From an uncultured Bacteroidota bacterium (GTDB lineage Bacteria > Bacteroidota > Ignavibacteria > UBA10030 > UBA6906), in NCBI GenBank assembly GCA_963700635.1, contig CAVOYH010000003.1, positions 320,001-384,000 on the forward strand: a stretch of 64,000 nucleotides of DNA, given 5' to 3'. The notes beneath the pieces are model-generated. The model was not told the DNA's origin, made no database searches, and worked only from the letters and a program-made list of their open reading frames with translations. The position numbers and the translations under genes were made by a program. Below, piece after piece: positions 19,869 to 30,366 of the stretch; within the stretch, counting starts at the first letter, position 1, and each line of letters opens with the position of its first letter.

Positions 19869-22757
19869 ATGACCATAGCAAAGATTTTTCATCATGTTCT
19901 GGCCAGCGTGGGGTTTGCCCTCCTGCTTTTTTCGGCGGGGACTTCCCCCGCGTATGCGCAGTTCGACAGACCCTGGCGGATCTATCTGGTTCCCTTTTCT
20001 CACACTGACGTCGGGTACACTGCTCCGGTAGATGTGGTGCTGCAAAACCACCTGGCCTACCTCGATACCGCCGTAGCGTGGGTAGGCCGCACACGCAGCA
20101 ATCCGGCCAATGAACAGTTTCGATGGACGATTGAGATTCCCTGGGTGCTGGATGCGTACATCCGCCAGCGCAGTGCGGCGCAGGTCGAGGAGCTTATGAC
20201 CTGCGTGCGGAGTGGCGAGATCGAAATCGGAGGGATGTATTTTGGCCTTCAAACCGATCTTTGCGGCAACGAAGAACTCGTCCGCTCACTGATGTTTTCT
20301 CAGGAACTGCGGAATAGTTACCAGGTCCCGGTGCGAACGGCCTTTATCAATGACACGCCGGGGCTCACCTGGTCTCTGGCTCAGATCTTTCCGCGGGCGG
20401 GAATACCCTACCTCTCCCTCGCCATGAATTCCTTTCTCTCGGATTTTTACACGACCACCTCCCTGCCGAATCTTTTCCGGCTTCAGGCACCGGGCGGTGA
20501 ACGGCTTCTGGTATGGAGATCCATCGATCCCCAGTGGGCATACCTGGAAGGCACCGTGACGTGCAGGATCTATGCCAGCGGACCGGCGGTCATGCAGACC
20601 GGGCTTACAAGTTTTCTTCAGGGACTGGCTGCGGCGGGATATCCGTACAACGAGGTAATGATCAACTGTGCCACCGGAGACAACGGCGCCCCGAACTTCT
20701 ACATCGTCAACAACGCGCGCGAATGGAACAGCATCTATCCCGATGCAAAGATTCTTATCAGCACAGCGACGGCATTCTTTGACACGATGGAAGCGCGCCA
20801 CGGGGCGACCATTCCGGTTGTCAGCGGTGATGCGCCCAACTACTGGACCTGGTTGTTTGCACCCTCCGCAACCAGGGAGAATGCGCTATCCCGGAAAGCA
20901 CACAGGCTCCTGCCTGCCGCCGAGACGTTTGCCACACTTGCCGCGCAACTGGATCCGGGATTCATCAACTCTCCCGGTTCTTTCCGTGATGCCTATATCA
21001 ACAACCTGACGTTCGAAGATCACAATCTTGGCGCTGTCTATTCCGGTGGCAACGAGCCTTTCTGGGTCCTGAAAAAAGGATGGATCACGGCCGCCGTGGA
21101 CACCGGCACGGCAATTCTCGCGAGGGCGACTGACGCCTTCGCCCGGAGTATCTCAACCGGAGCTCACAGGACAATCGTGGTCTTTAACCCTCTCATCTGG
21201 CCACGCTCGATTCCCGTTACTTTGCCCCCGGAACAGGTTCAGGCCCTGGGATTCTGCGACATACAGGATGCGCTGACGGGCCAGCTGCGGCCCGTGCAGA
21301 TGCTTCACGACGGTTCGGTCTGTTTTGTAGCCCCTGAAGTTCCGCCCGTCGGGTATGCACTGTACACGATACTTCCCCGGCCGGGCTCATGGCCACTTCC
21401 CATGAGTCCCGGAATGCTGACTCTCGAAAATGATCACTACCGGCTGCGGCTCGACGCATCCACCGGCGGAGCACTTTCGGTGGTGGACAAAGCCTCGGGA
21501 ACAGACCTGGCCACGGGAACAGGTCGCTTTAATCAGTACCGGTACAATTCCAGCCAGACTGGCACCGCGTTTTCGGTCGCAGACACTGACAGCGGCCCGG
21601 TGCTTCAGCGCGTCACTCTTCAGGGTTCGGCGCCCGGTTCAAACGTACTCTGGACCACGGCAGTGCTCTATCATGAACTGAAACGAATTGACTTTCTGAA
21701 TCGATATGACAAACTGGCTCCTACACTCACCGAGACTGTGGATTTCGACTATCATTTCGCTCTCTCCTCGGCGAAACTTCGGTATGACATCCCCTTCGCC
21801 GATGTCCGTTTGTTTGATGACGAACTCAGCGGATTTCGGCCGAAACATTACGCGGCGGGCCAATGGTGCGCCGTGATTTCGGGCGCCAACACGATCGCCG
21901 GAGTCCTTGCACTCGAAAACGCCTCGGTTACGGCTCACCCGGGCGGGACGTTTGACGGGAGCCTGCGGTTGATGATCTCGTTTAACAACTCAGGGTCCGC
22001 ATACAGGGCCGGAACCGGTCTGCTTTCCATGAACTACTCATTGACGACCACTGCCGGTTTTGCCGTGGATTCTTCCATGAGACACGCCTACTCGGCATTC
22101 GCTCCTGCCCCGTTCCGCATTCTCCCTGCGGGACAGACAGGTGCGCTGCCGAATCGACATACATCATTCCTGCAGATTTCGCCGGCATCAATTTTTCTTT
22201 CGACCGTAAAGACTCCCCTCTCCGGCAATGGGATAATCGTGCGGCTGTTTAATCCATCTCCCCAACCTGTTTCTGTCACGCTCCGAAGTTACGGGAAGAT
22301 CCGCTCGGCGTTTGAAACATCTCTCCTTGAAGACGGTGGAATACCGCTGCCGTTTTCATCGGACACTGTTTTCATTTCTTTCGGACCCTACGAGATCAAA
22401 ACATTACATATCGATGCCGATCTCATCACGAGCGTCGAACCGTTCACGCCGGTCCCGGAAGCGTTCTCCCTTGAACAAAACTACCCGAATCCGTTCAACG
22501 GGCAGACAAGAATCGGTTTTTCGATCGGCCGGAATCCGGCTTCCGGAATCCATAAAAGTAACACTCCGGAAACACGCGTCGTTGTGAGTGTTTTCGACAT
22601 TCTGGGACGGAAGATCGCCGATCTTGTCGATGCCCCGTTTTCTCCCGGCCAGCATCACGTACTGTTTGATGCATCGGGACTTTCATCCGGCGTGTACCTG
22701 TATCAGATCCGAACCGGAGGATTTTCATCCACCAGGAAAATGGTACTTATCCGATAA
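19869..22757 (+). CDS. GH38-like (alpha-mannosidase family) enzyme with T9SS CTD
   Basis: FSHTDVGYT, FRWTIE, NDTPG, GDNG, EDH; signal peptide; CTD NYPNPFN..LSSGVYLY..RKMVLIR. Confidence 0.85.
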   Translation: MTIAKIFHHVLASVGFALLLFSAGTSPAYAQFDRPWRIYLVPFSHTDVGYTAPVDVVLQNHLAYLDTAVAWVGRTRSNPANEQFRWTIEIPWVLDAYIRQRSAAQVEELMTCVRSGEIEIGGMYFGLQTDLCGNEELVRSLMFSQELRNSYQVPVRTAFINDTPGLTWSLAQIFPRAGIPYLSLAMNSFLSDFYTTTSLPNLFRLQAPGGERLLVWRSIDPQWAYLEGTVTCRIYASGPAVMQTGLTSFLQGLAAAGYPYNEVMINCATGDNGAPNFYIVNNAREWNSIYPDAKILISTATAFFDTMEARHGATIPVVSGDAPNYWTWLFAPSATRENALSRKAHRLLPAAETFATLAAQLDPGFINSPGSFRDAYINNLTFEDHNLGAVYSGGNEPFWVLKKGWITAAVDTGTAILARATDAFARSISTGAHRTIVVFNPLIWPRSIPVTLPPEQVQALGFCDIQDALTGQLRPVQMLHDGSVCFVAPEVPPVGYALYTILPRPGSWPLPMSPGMLTLENDHYRLRLDASTGGALSVVDKASGTDLATGTGRFNQYRYNSSQTGTAFSVADTDSGPVLQRVTLQGSAPGSNVLWTTAVLYHELKRIDFLNRYDKLAPTLTETVDFDYHFALSSAKLRYDIPFADVRLFDDELSGFRPKHYAAGQWCAVISGANTIAGVLALENASVTAHPGGTFDGSLRLMISFNNSGSAYRAGTGLLSMNYSLTTTAGFAVDSSMRHAYSAFAPAPFRILPAGQTGALPNRHTSFLQISPASIFLSTVKTPLSGNGIIVRLFNPSPQPVSVTLRSYGKIRSAFETSLLEDGGIPLPFSSDTVFISFGPYEIKTLHIDADLITSVEPFTPVPEAFSLEQNYPNPFNGQTRIGFSIGRNPASGIHKSNTPETRVVVSVFDILGRKIADLVDAPFSPGQHHVLFDASGLSSGVYLYQIRTGGFSSTRKMVLIR

Positions 22758-22761
22758 GGCC

Positions 22762-24097
22762 GTGGCAAAACGACTTCTCATATGGTTTCTCTTTGTGCTC
22801 GGCGTTGCGGCCCTGGGACTTCTGTTCGTGCTCGATAGTGGCGGCCCTGCGGCCTCGTCGGACGGGCGTGTCCATCTGCGTTACTGGACGATCATCGGCA
22901 TGAAGGAGATCATCCCATATTTTGCAACGTCCTTCGGAACCGTCCAGAACCGGATTATTGTTGATACCACGCCGATACCGTGGCAGGAGCATGAGAAGAA
23001 AATACTCACGTCCATCGTGAGCGGGAACCCTCCCGACGTGGTGAATCAGATGACTCCGGTGCCCAAGTGGGCGGCGCGGCTTGCTCTGGTTCCTCTCGAC
23101 GAGTACATCCGGCGGGATCAGTTTGACAGCACGATGTTCTTTCCCTCCCTGTGGGAGGAGATGCGGTACCGGGGCAGGATTTACGGTGTACCGGTCTATT
23201 CGGGATCATATGCGCTGTTTTACAACAAGACCCTGTTCCGCCAGGCCGGCCTCGATCCTGATCGTCCGCCGCGGACTTGGGAGGAAGTATTTGCGCTGAA
23301 CAGCCGTTTCGTCAGCCGGAATACGCGCGGACAAATCCTCACGATGGGCTTCATCCCGAACTACGGGAATATTCAGGTGTTCATGTTGATGGCATGGCAG
23401 CGGGGGGCGCAGTTCCTGAGTGCGGATGGTGCCCGGGTACAGGTGGCTGATTCCGCCGTTGTGAGCGCCCTTGCTTGGGTCCGGCGTTTTTATGCCGAAT
23501 ACCCCCAGCAGGATGTGGCTGCCTTTCTGGGGGGGCTGGGTTTTGCTGACCAGCATGGATTTATCGCGGGCAAAGTCGCCATGATGATCCTCGACAGCAG
23601 CTTCCCCGATCAGATCCGCGCGTACAAACCCTCTCTGGACTACGGCGTGGCCATGATCCCCACGTTCCCCGGATCCCCTACTGCGTCCATTTCGGGAAGC
23701 TGGTGGCTGGGCATACCGCGGGGCGCAGCGCATCCGGACGAAGCATGGGAGTTCATCAAACATGCCGTCACCAAAAGAATCCCAGCTCCTTGAAATTGAG
23801 AAGACCGAAGAGAGCCTGTTCCCAGCCAACCGGTATGCCGCCGAAGATCCACGATTTATGAACACGCCGGCACGGAACATATTCGTTCGGATGATGGATC
23901 ACTCCCATTCACCCTCCGTTGTTCCGCTCGCACATGATGTGTTCTGGCGTGAAATCACCGGCGCCCAGGAGCGGGTGATCCATGGTCTCCAGACACCGGC
24001 ACTTGCCCTGGAACAGGCGCAGAAACAGATCCAGTCCATACTGGATGAAGCGCGGGACTACGACAGTTATGTCTATACGCATACGGAAACCCGGTAG
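22762..24097 (+). CDS. Carbohydrate ABC transporter substrate-binding protein, split by a 1-nt insertion at ~23773-23776
   Basis: SGNPPDV, LVPLDEYI, IYGVP, LFYNKTLF..AGLD, PRTWEE, FIAGKVAM. Continues as KESQLLE.. in the next frame after a 4-A run. N-terminal TM anchor. Confidence 0.9.
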
Positions 24098-25021
24098 ATG
24101 AAGTTCTCCGATTCACCCTGGATGAAGACGAAACGCAGAAGACGTGAAGCACTGCTGGGCTTCCTCTTCGCAGCACCGTGGATCGGTGGATTCCTGGTAT
24201 TCGGACTGTACCCGATGGTCATGTCGTTGTATTTCAGCCTTTGCAGGTATGACGTGTTGCGCATGCCCCAGTATATCGGATTGGACAACTACACCACGAT
24301 GCTGATGGGCGATCCGTATTTCTGGACAGCAGTGGGAAACACCCTTTACTACGCATTCGTGCGTACACCTCTCTGCATTGCCGGTTCCCTGTTCCTTGCT
24401 GTGCTGATCAACAAAGCCACATGGGGTGCGCGGGTCTACCGGACGGCGTACTTTCTCCCTTCCATCATCTCGGGCGTCGTCGTCTCTGTACTCTGGCTGT
24501 GGCTGTTAAATCCGCAGTACGGGCTCATCAACTCGGGCCTGCAGTTTGTCGGAATCGAGGGACCTCTCTGGCTGCAGAGCCCGGAATGGTCAAAACCATC
24601 CCTGGTGCTCATGAGTCTCTGGTCCGTCGGAGGCGGCCGCATGATCGTTTTCCTGGCCGCCCTCCAGAGTGTTCCTCCTCATCTTTACGAGGTGGTGGAA
24701 CTGGACGGCGGAGGAGGCTGGCAGAAATTCCGTCATGTGACTCTCCCGATGATATCGCCCGTCCTGTTTTTATGGGTCGTCCTTGAGATTATCTTCTCTC
24801 TCCAGGTGTTCACCGAGGCCTATGTTATGACCAAGGGCGGACCGCTAAACTCCACCCTCTTCTACAATTTGTATCTGTACTACAAGGCATTTGATGATTT
24901 TGATATGGGATATGCTTCCGCCCTTGCATGGCTGCTCCTATTGTTTTCGGTCGTTGTCACGTATTTTCAGTTCAAGCTCGGGAAACGATGGGTGTACTAT
25001 GAAGCCGACCCGAGGGGTTAG
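24098..25021 (+). CDS. Carbohydrate ABC transporter permease
   Basis: FAAPWIGGF, GLDNY, EAA-like motif LQSVPPHLYEVVELDG, MGYASALAW. Confidence 0.95.
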   Translation: MKFSDSPWMKTKRRRREALLGFLFAAPWIGGFLVFGLYPMVMSLYFSLCRYDVLRMPQYIGLDNYTTMLMGDPYFWTAVGNTLYYAFVRTPLCIAGSLFLAVLINKATWGARVYRTAYFLPSIISGVVVSVLWLWLLNPQYGLINSGLQFVGIEGPLWLQSPEWSKPSLVLMSLWSVGGGRMIVFLAALQSVPPHLYEVVELDGGGGWQKFRHVTLPMISPVLFLWVVLEIIFSLQVFTEAYVMTKGGPLNSTLFYNLYLYYKAFDDFDMGYASALAWLLLLFSVVVTYFQFKLGKRWVYYEADPRG

Positions 25022-25024
25022 GAC

Positions 25025-25861
25025 ATGAAACAACAACGAAGCCTCTGGAACAGGCTTGGCCTGTACGGAGTGCTTACGATCTTCGGGATGGTATTCCTGA
25101 TTCCGTTCGTCTGGGTGGTCTCCACGTCCCTGAAGGGAAACGAACAGATCTTCACGATCCCGCCCGAGTGGATTCCGACCCGGATCCGGTGGGAGAACTA
25201 CGTGGAAGTGTTTCGCCGGATGCCGGTCCTGCTCTATCTGAAGAACTCCGTCATTATCACGGTGTTCCAGATGATCGGAATCGTCGCTTCAAGTTCACTG
25301 GTTGCCTATGCATTTGCCATCCTCCGCTGGCCGGGCCGGAATATCCTCTTCGGGGTTCTCCTGGCAACGATGATGTTACCCATGCAGGTGACGATGATTC
25401 CCATTTTCGTGCTCTTCAAACAATTTGGCTGGCTGGACACGTTCAAGCCGCTCATTGTCCCGGCGTTTCTGGGCGGTGGCGCGTTTAACATATTCCTGCT
25501 GCGGCAGTTCTATCTCGGGATACCCAGTGATATTGTCGATGCCGCACGCATCGACGGATGCTCAGAATTCCGGATCTACTGGAACATTATGCTCCCGCTG
25601 GCGAAGCCGGCTCTGGCAACCATCGCCATTCTGACATTTATGTTCTCCTGGAATGATTTTCTTGGACCATTGATCTATCTGTCCGAAAAGAGCAAGAGTA
25701 CCCTGGCTCTCGGTTTGGCGATGTTCGTGGGGCAACAAACAAGCGAATGGGCGCTCCTCATGGCTGCGTCGATTCTGATGATGATCCCCATGATCGTGAT
25801 TTTCTTCTTCTTCCAGAAGTATATTATCCAGGGATTCACTATGAGCGGAATCAAAGGATGA
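25025..25861 (+). CDS. Carbohydrate ABC transporter permease
   Basis: EAA motif IPSDIVDAARIDGCS, WNDFLGPLIYL, FFQKYII.G. Confidence 0.95.
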   Translation: MKQQRSLWNRLGLYGVLTIFGMVFLIPFVWVVSTSLKGNEQIFTIPPEWIPTRIRWENYVEVFRRMPVLLYLKNSVIITVFQMIGIVASSSLVAYAFAILRWPGRNILFGVLLATMMLPMQVTMIPIFVLFKQFGWLDTFKPLIVPAFLGGGAFNIFLLRQFYLGIPSDIVDAARIDGCSEFRIYWNIMLPLAKPALATIAILTFMFSWNDFLGPLIYLSEKSKSTLALGLAMFVGQQTSEWALLMAASILMMIPMIVIFFFFQKYIIQGFTMSGIKG

Positions 25862-28800
25862 AACCTCTTCTTCTGATCCTGTTGATCTCAGGATCGTTTC
25901 TCCACGCACAGGAGCGTGAAGACCGTCATATGGTCCGGACGCCCCTGCAGCCGGACGGAAACATCTCCGCCTGGCTTGTTGCGGGCCCGTACGAACAGGG
26001 TATCGAAGGATTCGGTTCATGGCGTTCGCTCGATGCGATAGGCGAAGCCACAATCCGCCCGCGCACCGGGATGTCACTTGCGGCTCCGCTCATCGCCGGG
26101 GGAAAGACCTCCTGGCAGCCGCAGTCAATCGATGCGCACGGTTATCTCGACCTCAACGCCTGCCTTGGCTGGGCAATCCCGGGACAAACGCCGGAAAAAG
26201 TTTGGTGGACAAAAGCCGGGTATGCGTACGCCGCCCTGGAATCACCTGTGGCTCAGGACCTGCGCCTGCTTGCAGGAACAAACTCGCAGCTTGTCGTCTT
26301 TCTTAACGGCGTTCAGATGTACGAGTTCACCGGGCACCGCGATGCCAGACCCGACCAGGACACCGTGACGTTGCCGCTTGTTGCGGGCGTGAATCACCTG
26401 CTGTTGAAGATCGGGAATTCGTTCAAAAATCATCGTTCACCGTTCTTTGGAGGGATCACATTCGGGTGGGGTGGCTTTTTCAGAATCGTACGTTCCGATG
26501 GTCAACCCGCACGTGATTTGTCGCTGGTGTTTGAAGATCTGCCCGTTCAGTCAACCATGCGGCTCCACCCCACGATCTTTTTCCGCAGGGAGGGCACACA
26601 GCTCATGCAGCGCCATGATCTGGAGATCTTTTCCACCGCGGTGGACTCTTCGAACGGCTCGCTCACCGTCACGGGAAAAGGCCGGAACGAACAACGGAAG
26701 GTGCGCCCGATACAGTGGGGGTGGAATCGTATTCCACTCTGGTTCGCGGCTGCCGATGAGTCCGTCCCCGTGACATGCCAACTCGACTTTGCCGGACAAC
26801 ACGTCACGGTGGCCGATACCCTGCACGCTGAACGCCACTATGAACTCCACCTGATTTTCCTCACACACACCGACATAGGATACACACACCCCCAGCCCGT
26901 TGTGCAGGAGTTACATTGCACGGCTCTGGACCAGGTACTCGCGCTGTGCAGAAAACACCCGGATTTCCGATGGACGATAGAGACGGTGTATCAACTTGAG
27001 CAATTCCAGCAATCACGCGCGCCGGCCGTTCTTGAGGAATTGTACCGGTACATGAGGGAGGGACGGATCGCTCTCTCTCCGATTTCCACAAATCCCTACA
27101 CCGGCTGGGTGAGTGAAGAAGAAATGATCCGGTCGATGATGCCCGGTGAAGAGATCCGCAACCAACTGGGGATTACGACCCCGGGTGCCATGTATAATGA
27201 CGTCCCCGGACTTGCGTGGATGATCCCGCGCGTATTTCATGATGCCGGGGTAAAACTGCTTGTCTGCGGCCTCAATGAAGTATATGGCGGGTACACTCTC
27301 CAGAAATCACTGCCGAAGGCCTTTCTCTGGCAAGGAGCGGATGGCACCCGGCTTCCCGTGTACCGCACGGAAACCTACACCGAGGGAACCGATTATGGTC
27401 TGGAGCGGGAACTTCCGGTTATCGCTCACCGGATGTGGGAACGGCTGCACAGATTACGGTCTCTCGGTGAGGACCGGACGATGGTCCTGTTAAATTCTGC
27501 GTGGTTCGACAACGGCCCACCCGCGGAGCATCAGTTCGAAGCAGCCAAAAAATGGAACGCAGAGTATGCATATCCCCGTTTTGTCATCACTACACTTGCC
27601 GACGCTGCAACTGCATTTCTCCGGAAGTATGAGACCTCTCTGCCGGTTTTGCGCGGAGACTGGACATCTTCATGGGACATGCTCTTTCAGGGAGAACCTG
27701 AGCGTGTGATATCCCAGCGGTCAACCCAGCAGCAACTCATTGAAGCGGAAGCACTGGATGCGGTGACCACTACACTCCGTCCGGATATCCTTCCGGCGAC
27801 ACGTGCTGCAGACCGAGCATACGCCTCCCTGCTCGAATACAGCGGCCACGGGAGTGGATTGGAAGCAGGCCTGGGTACACCGGGCGAAAACTCCCTGACG
27901 ATGGGGATCCGGGAGCACTACCTGCGGAACGCCGCAACAACCGCCACAACCATATACTCCAGAGCGATCACCAGAATTGTTCGCGCTGAAGAGGCTTTTG
28001 AAGCCGAAGGACTGATACTCATCAACCCTCTCACCTGGCACTGCACCGTGCCGGTGGAGGTTGAACTCAAAGACTCGTCAGACCGGCAATTCCGGCTGAC
28101 GGATCTGGTGACAGGCCGAACGGTCCCGTCCTTTAGAAAAGGTTACCGCTTATCCTTCGTCGCACCCGATCTGCCTCCGTTGGGCTTCAAGAAATTCGAG
28201 ATGGCTGCCGGATCCAAAGGTGTTTCCCTTTCCGGCACCTCAGACCTCTTCATGACGGAGGCGTCAATCGAGAATGGCAGATATCGAATCGGTGTTGATC
28301 GTGTGACGGGCCAGATCACATCGATCGTTGATAAGCAACAGCAGCGTGAACTTGTCAGGTCGGGAGGGATCCCCTTTGGCGGGCCCGTTATCCAGCGGGG
28401 ATTCGAGGATCAGAAATTCGAGCCGGTTCGCGCCACCGGTGTTACGGTGGCACTGGCCGACGAACGGCCCGTACGCCTGGTCCTTTCCCTCCTCCGGCCA
28501 GGTGAAGTTGTCGAAAAGACCGAGTATATTCTCTGGTCGGGTGTGGACCGCGTCGATATCGCCCATACCGTCCATCTTGATGCCCTGCGGCCACCCCGGG
28601 AAGTAGAAGTCTTTGCGGCAGGATTTCCTCTTTCTTTTGGCGGAACGGCCACCCCCTACATGGACATCCTGGGAGGATTTCTTCATGCACCGGCCGACCG
28701 ATTGGCCGGGGCGCTGACGGATGTGTATTCCATCCGCCGGGCAGTCGCGTTGAGCGACGGTCGGACCTCTGTTTCTTTCGCAGCAGCGGACAGCCGTATC

Positions 28801-29307
28801 GTATTCTGGAGAACCGATTCGCTCTCCGGCTCGTCAACACTCCTTGCAAATCTGGTGACCAACTTCCCGGTTGAATGGAACCGGAACGAAGCCAACTCCG
28901 GGCGCCTGCGACTCCGCTTCGCCCTGAACAGCCACGATGGCCCATTCAATCCGGACAGAACAACACGCCTCGGCTGGGAAGTGCAGACCGATTTTTTCAG
29001 CCGTGCCACACTGATCCGGAGAGTCCCGGCACAACAGAGTTATCTTTCGGTCACCGGCACCAGCGCGGTGCTCTCCGGGCTGAAGCGGGGCTCCTCGCCC
29101 GGCGAGACCGTCCTGCGTGTGACCAATGTGGACCCCGTCAACACGACCAGGGCAACAATTGCTTCGTCGGTCTTCCTGCCGGGGCGTATTATCCAGGCCA
29201 CCATGTTCGAACATCCCGGGAAGACACTCACTATCGCAGATTCGACGGTGACAATCGATCTGGGCCCTTCGGAAACGAAGACGTTGTTGATACGAAAGAA
29301 TCCGTGA
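25858..29307 (+). CDS. GH38-like enzyme, periplasmic, with N-terminal accessory beta domains
   Basis: Signal peptide LHA|Q, LTHTDIGYT, FRWTIE, NDVPG, FDNG, RGDWT. No CTD. ATGA overlap with the permease. Confidence 0.82.
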   Translation: MKPLLLILLISGSFLHAQEREDRHMVRTPLQPDGNISAWLVAGPYEQGIEGFGSWRSLDAIGEATIRPRTGMSLAAPLIAGGKTSWQPQSIDAHGYLDLNACLGWAIPGQTPEKVWWTKAGYAYAALESPVAQDLRLLAGTNSQLVVFLNGVQMYEFTGHRDARPDQDTVTLPLVAGVNHLLLKIGNSFKNHRSPFFGGITFGWGGFFRIVRSDGQPARDLSLVFEDLPVQSTMRLHPTIFFRREGTQLMQRHDLEIFSTAVDSSNGSLTVTGKGRNEQRKVRPIQWGWNRIPLWFAAADESVPVTCQLDFAGQHVTVADTLHAERHYELHLIFLTHTDIGYTHPQPVVQELHCTALDQVLALCRKHPDFRWTIETVYQLEQFQQSRAPAVLEELYRYMREGRIALSPISTNPYTGWVSEEEMIRSMMPGEEIRNQLGITTPGAMYNDVPGLAWMIPRVFHDAGVKLLVCGLNEVYGGYTLQKSLPKAFLWQGADGTRLPVYRTETYTEGTDYGLERELPVIAHRMWERLHRLRSLGEDRTMVLLNSAWFDNGPPAEHQFEAAKKWNAEYAYPRFVITTLADAATAFLRKYETSLPVLRGDWTSSWDMLFQGEPERVISQRSTQQQLIEAEALDAVTTTLRPDILPATRAADRAYASLLEYSGHGSGLEAGLGTPGENSLTMGIREHYLRNAATTATTIYSRAITRIVRAEEAFEAEGLILINPLTWHCTVPVEVELKDSSDRQFRLTDLVTGRTVPSFRKGYRLSFVAPDLPPLGFKKFEMAAGSKGVSLSGTSDLFMTEASIENGRYRIGVDRVTGQITSIVDKQQQRELVRSGGIPFGGPVIQRGFEDQKFEPVRATGVTVALADERPVRLVLSLLRPGEVVEKTEYILWSGVDRVDIAHTVHLDALRPPREVEVFAAGFPLSFGGTATPYMDILGGFLHAPADRLAGALTDVYSIRRAVALSDGRTSVSFAAADSRIVFWRTDSLSGSSTLLANLVTNFPVEWNRNEANSGRLRLRFALNSHDGPFNPDRTTRLGWEVQTDFFSRATLIRRVPAQQSYLSVTGTSAVLSGLKRGSSPGETVLRVTNVDPVNTTRATIASSVFLPGRIIQATMFEHPGKTLTIADSTVTIDLGPSETKTLLIRKNP

Positions 29308-29429
29308 CACAGAAAGTTGAGTCCGTACTAAAAGAGAAAGGAAACTATGCACGATTCCGGTATTCGTGAGTATTCATACGATTCCAGCGTTTCACCCAAC
29401 ATCCATTCACTTAACAGAGGAGTCATTCC

Positions 29430-30272
29430 ATGAATTGGAAACGACTTACTACAACGTTGGTGATTCTTGTGCTGCCCCTGCTCCTTACACACTGTCTGAT
29501 CACCGGGGTGCAGCAGCCGGCTGCGGCAACCGCCAACAGCAACATAACCACGATCGTCACAATCACCGATGACATTGTCCCGGAGAGTAACCCCCATAAG
29601 GGCGTCTTGTGTGTGCTGGTGCCGACGGACTGGAGTTTTGTCTCCGGAACGTATTCGGCGACACTGGACAATGGTTCAGCGCTCGGGAACGGCACCATAG
29701 TGCTGGCGGCGAACTGGGCGGACTCTGCTGCGACGGTTGTCCCTCCACCCGCCGGTTACAAGTGGATCGGGCTCCTTTCCAGTGCCGGATATACCTACTC
29801 GGACACCATTTTTGCTGAAGCCTCCGTCACCCTCAAGGTTGGAACGAAGAACGGTGTGTACAACATTGGTTATCTTACCACCAAGAACACAGGCGATCTT
29901 CTTTCTCACCTCGGACCTCCGGACTTCTGGGCTGACACCGCAATGAACTTCAAGATTACAGTGACCGGTGGAACCTCCGTGGAGGAACGTTCCCTCGGAC
30001 GGATTCCCGATTCGTACGGACTTTCCCAGAACTTCCCGAATCCTTTTAATCCGTCAACAGCGATCCGCTTTGCGCTGAAGGAGCGTTCGACCGTCCGGTT
30101 GTCCGTCTTTGATGTCACCGGCCGGGAAATCGAGACGCTCGTCGACGGTGTCCGCGACGCAGGAGAGTACGAAATTACCTTCTCACCGGAGAACCTTTCG
30201 AGCGGTATCTATCTGTACCGTTTGAGGACGGGTGATTTTGTCAGGACAATGAAGATGGTATACACACGATAA
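29430..30272 (+). CDS. Small secreted protein with T9SS CTD
   Basis: GAGGAG RBS, hydrophobic signal, CTD LSQNFPNPFNPSTAI..LSSGIYLYRL..KMVYTR. Confidence 0.88.
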   Translation: MNWKRLTTTLVILVLPLLLTHCLITGVQQPAAATANSNITTIVTITDDIVPESNPHKGVLCVLVPTDWSFVSGTYSATLDNGSALGNGTIVLAANWADSAATVVPPPAGYKWIGLLSSAGYTYSDTIFAEASVTLKVGTKNGVYNIGYLTTKNTGDLLSHLGPPDFWADTAMNFKITVTGGTSVEERSLGRIPDSYGLSQNFPNPFNPSTAIRFALKERSTVRLSVFDVTGREIETLVDGVRDAGEYEITFSPENLSSGIYLYRLRTGDFVRTMKMVYTR

Positions 30273-30288
30273 GAACACCGTATGAATG

Positions 30289-30339
30289 CCGGCGGGGGTT
30301 GTGTGCCGCGGAATGTTCCCGCAACCAACCCTCGCCCGG
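30289..30339 (+). terminator. Long GC-rich intergenic stem-loop (partial terminator or mRNA stabiliser)
   Basis: CCGGCGGGGGTTG pairs with CAACCCTCGCCCGG around an inner hairpin. No clear U tract. Confidence 0.4.
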
Positions 30340-30366
30340 TACTCTGCGCTCTCCCCGGGAAACCCC

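Noticed and set aside
23765-23793. Programmed ribosomal frameshifting at the split genes
   Set aside because: No canonical slippery heptamer with a stimulatory structure, and these families are not known to be recoded; indel error or mutation is simpler.
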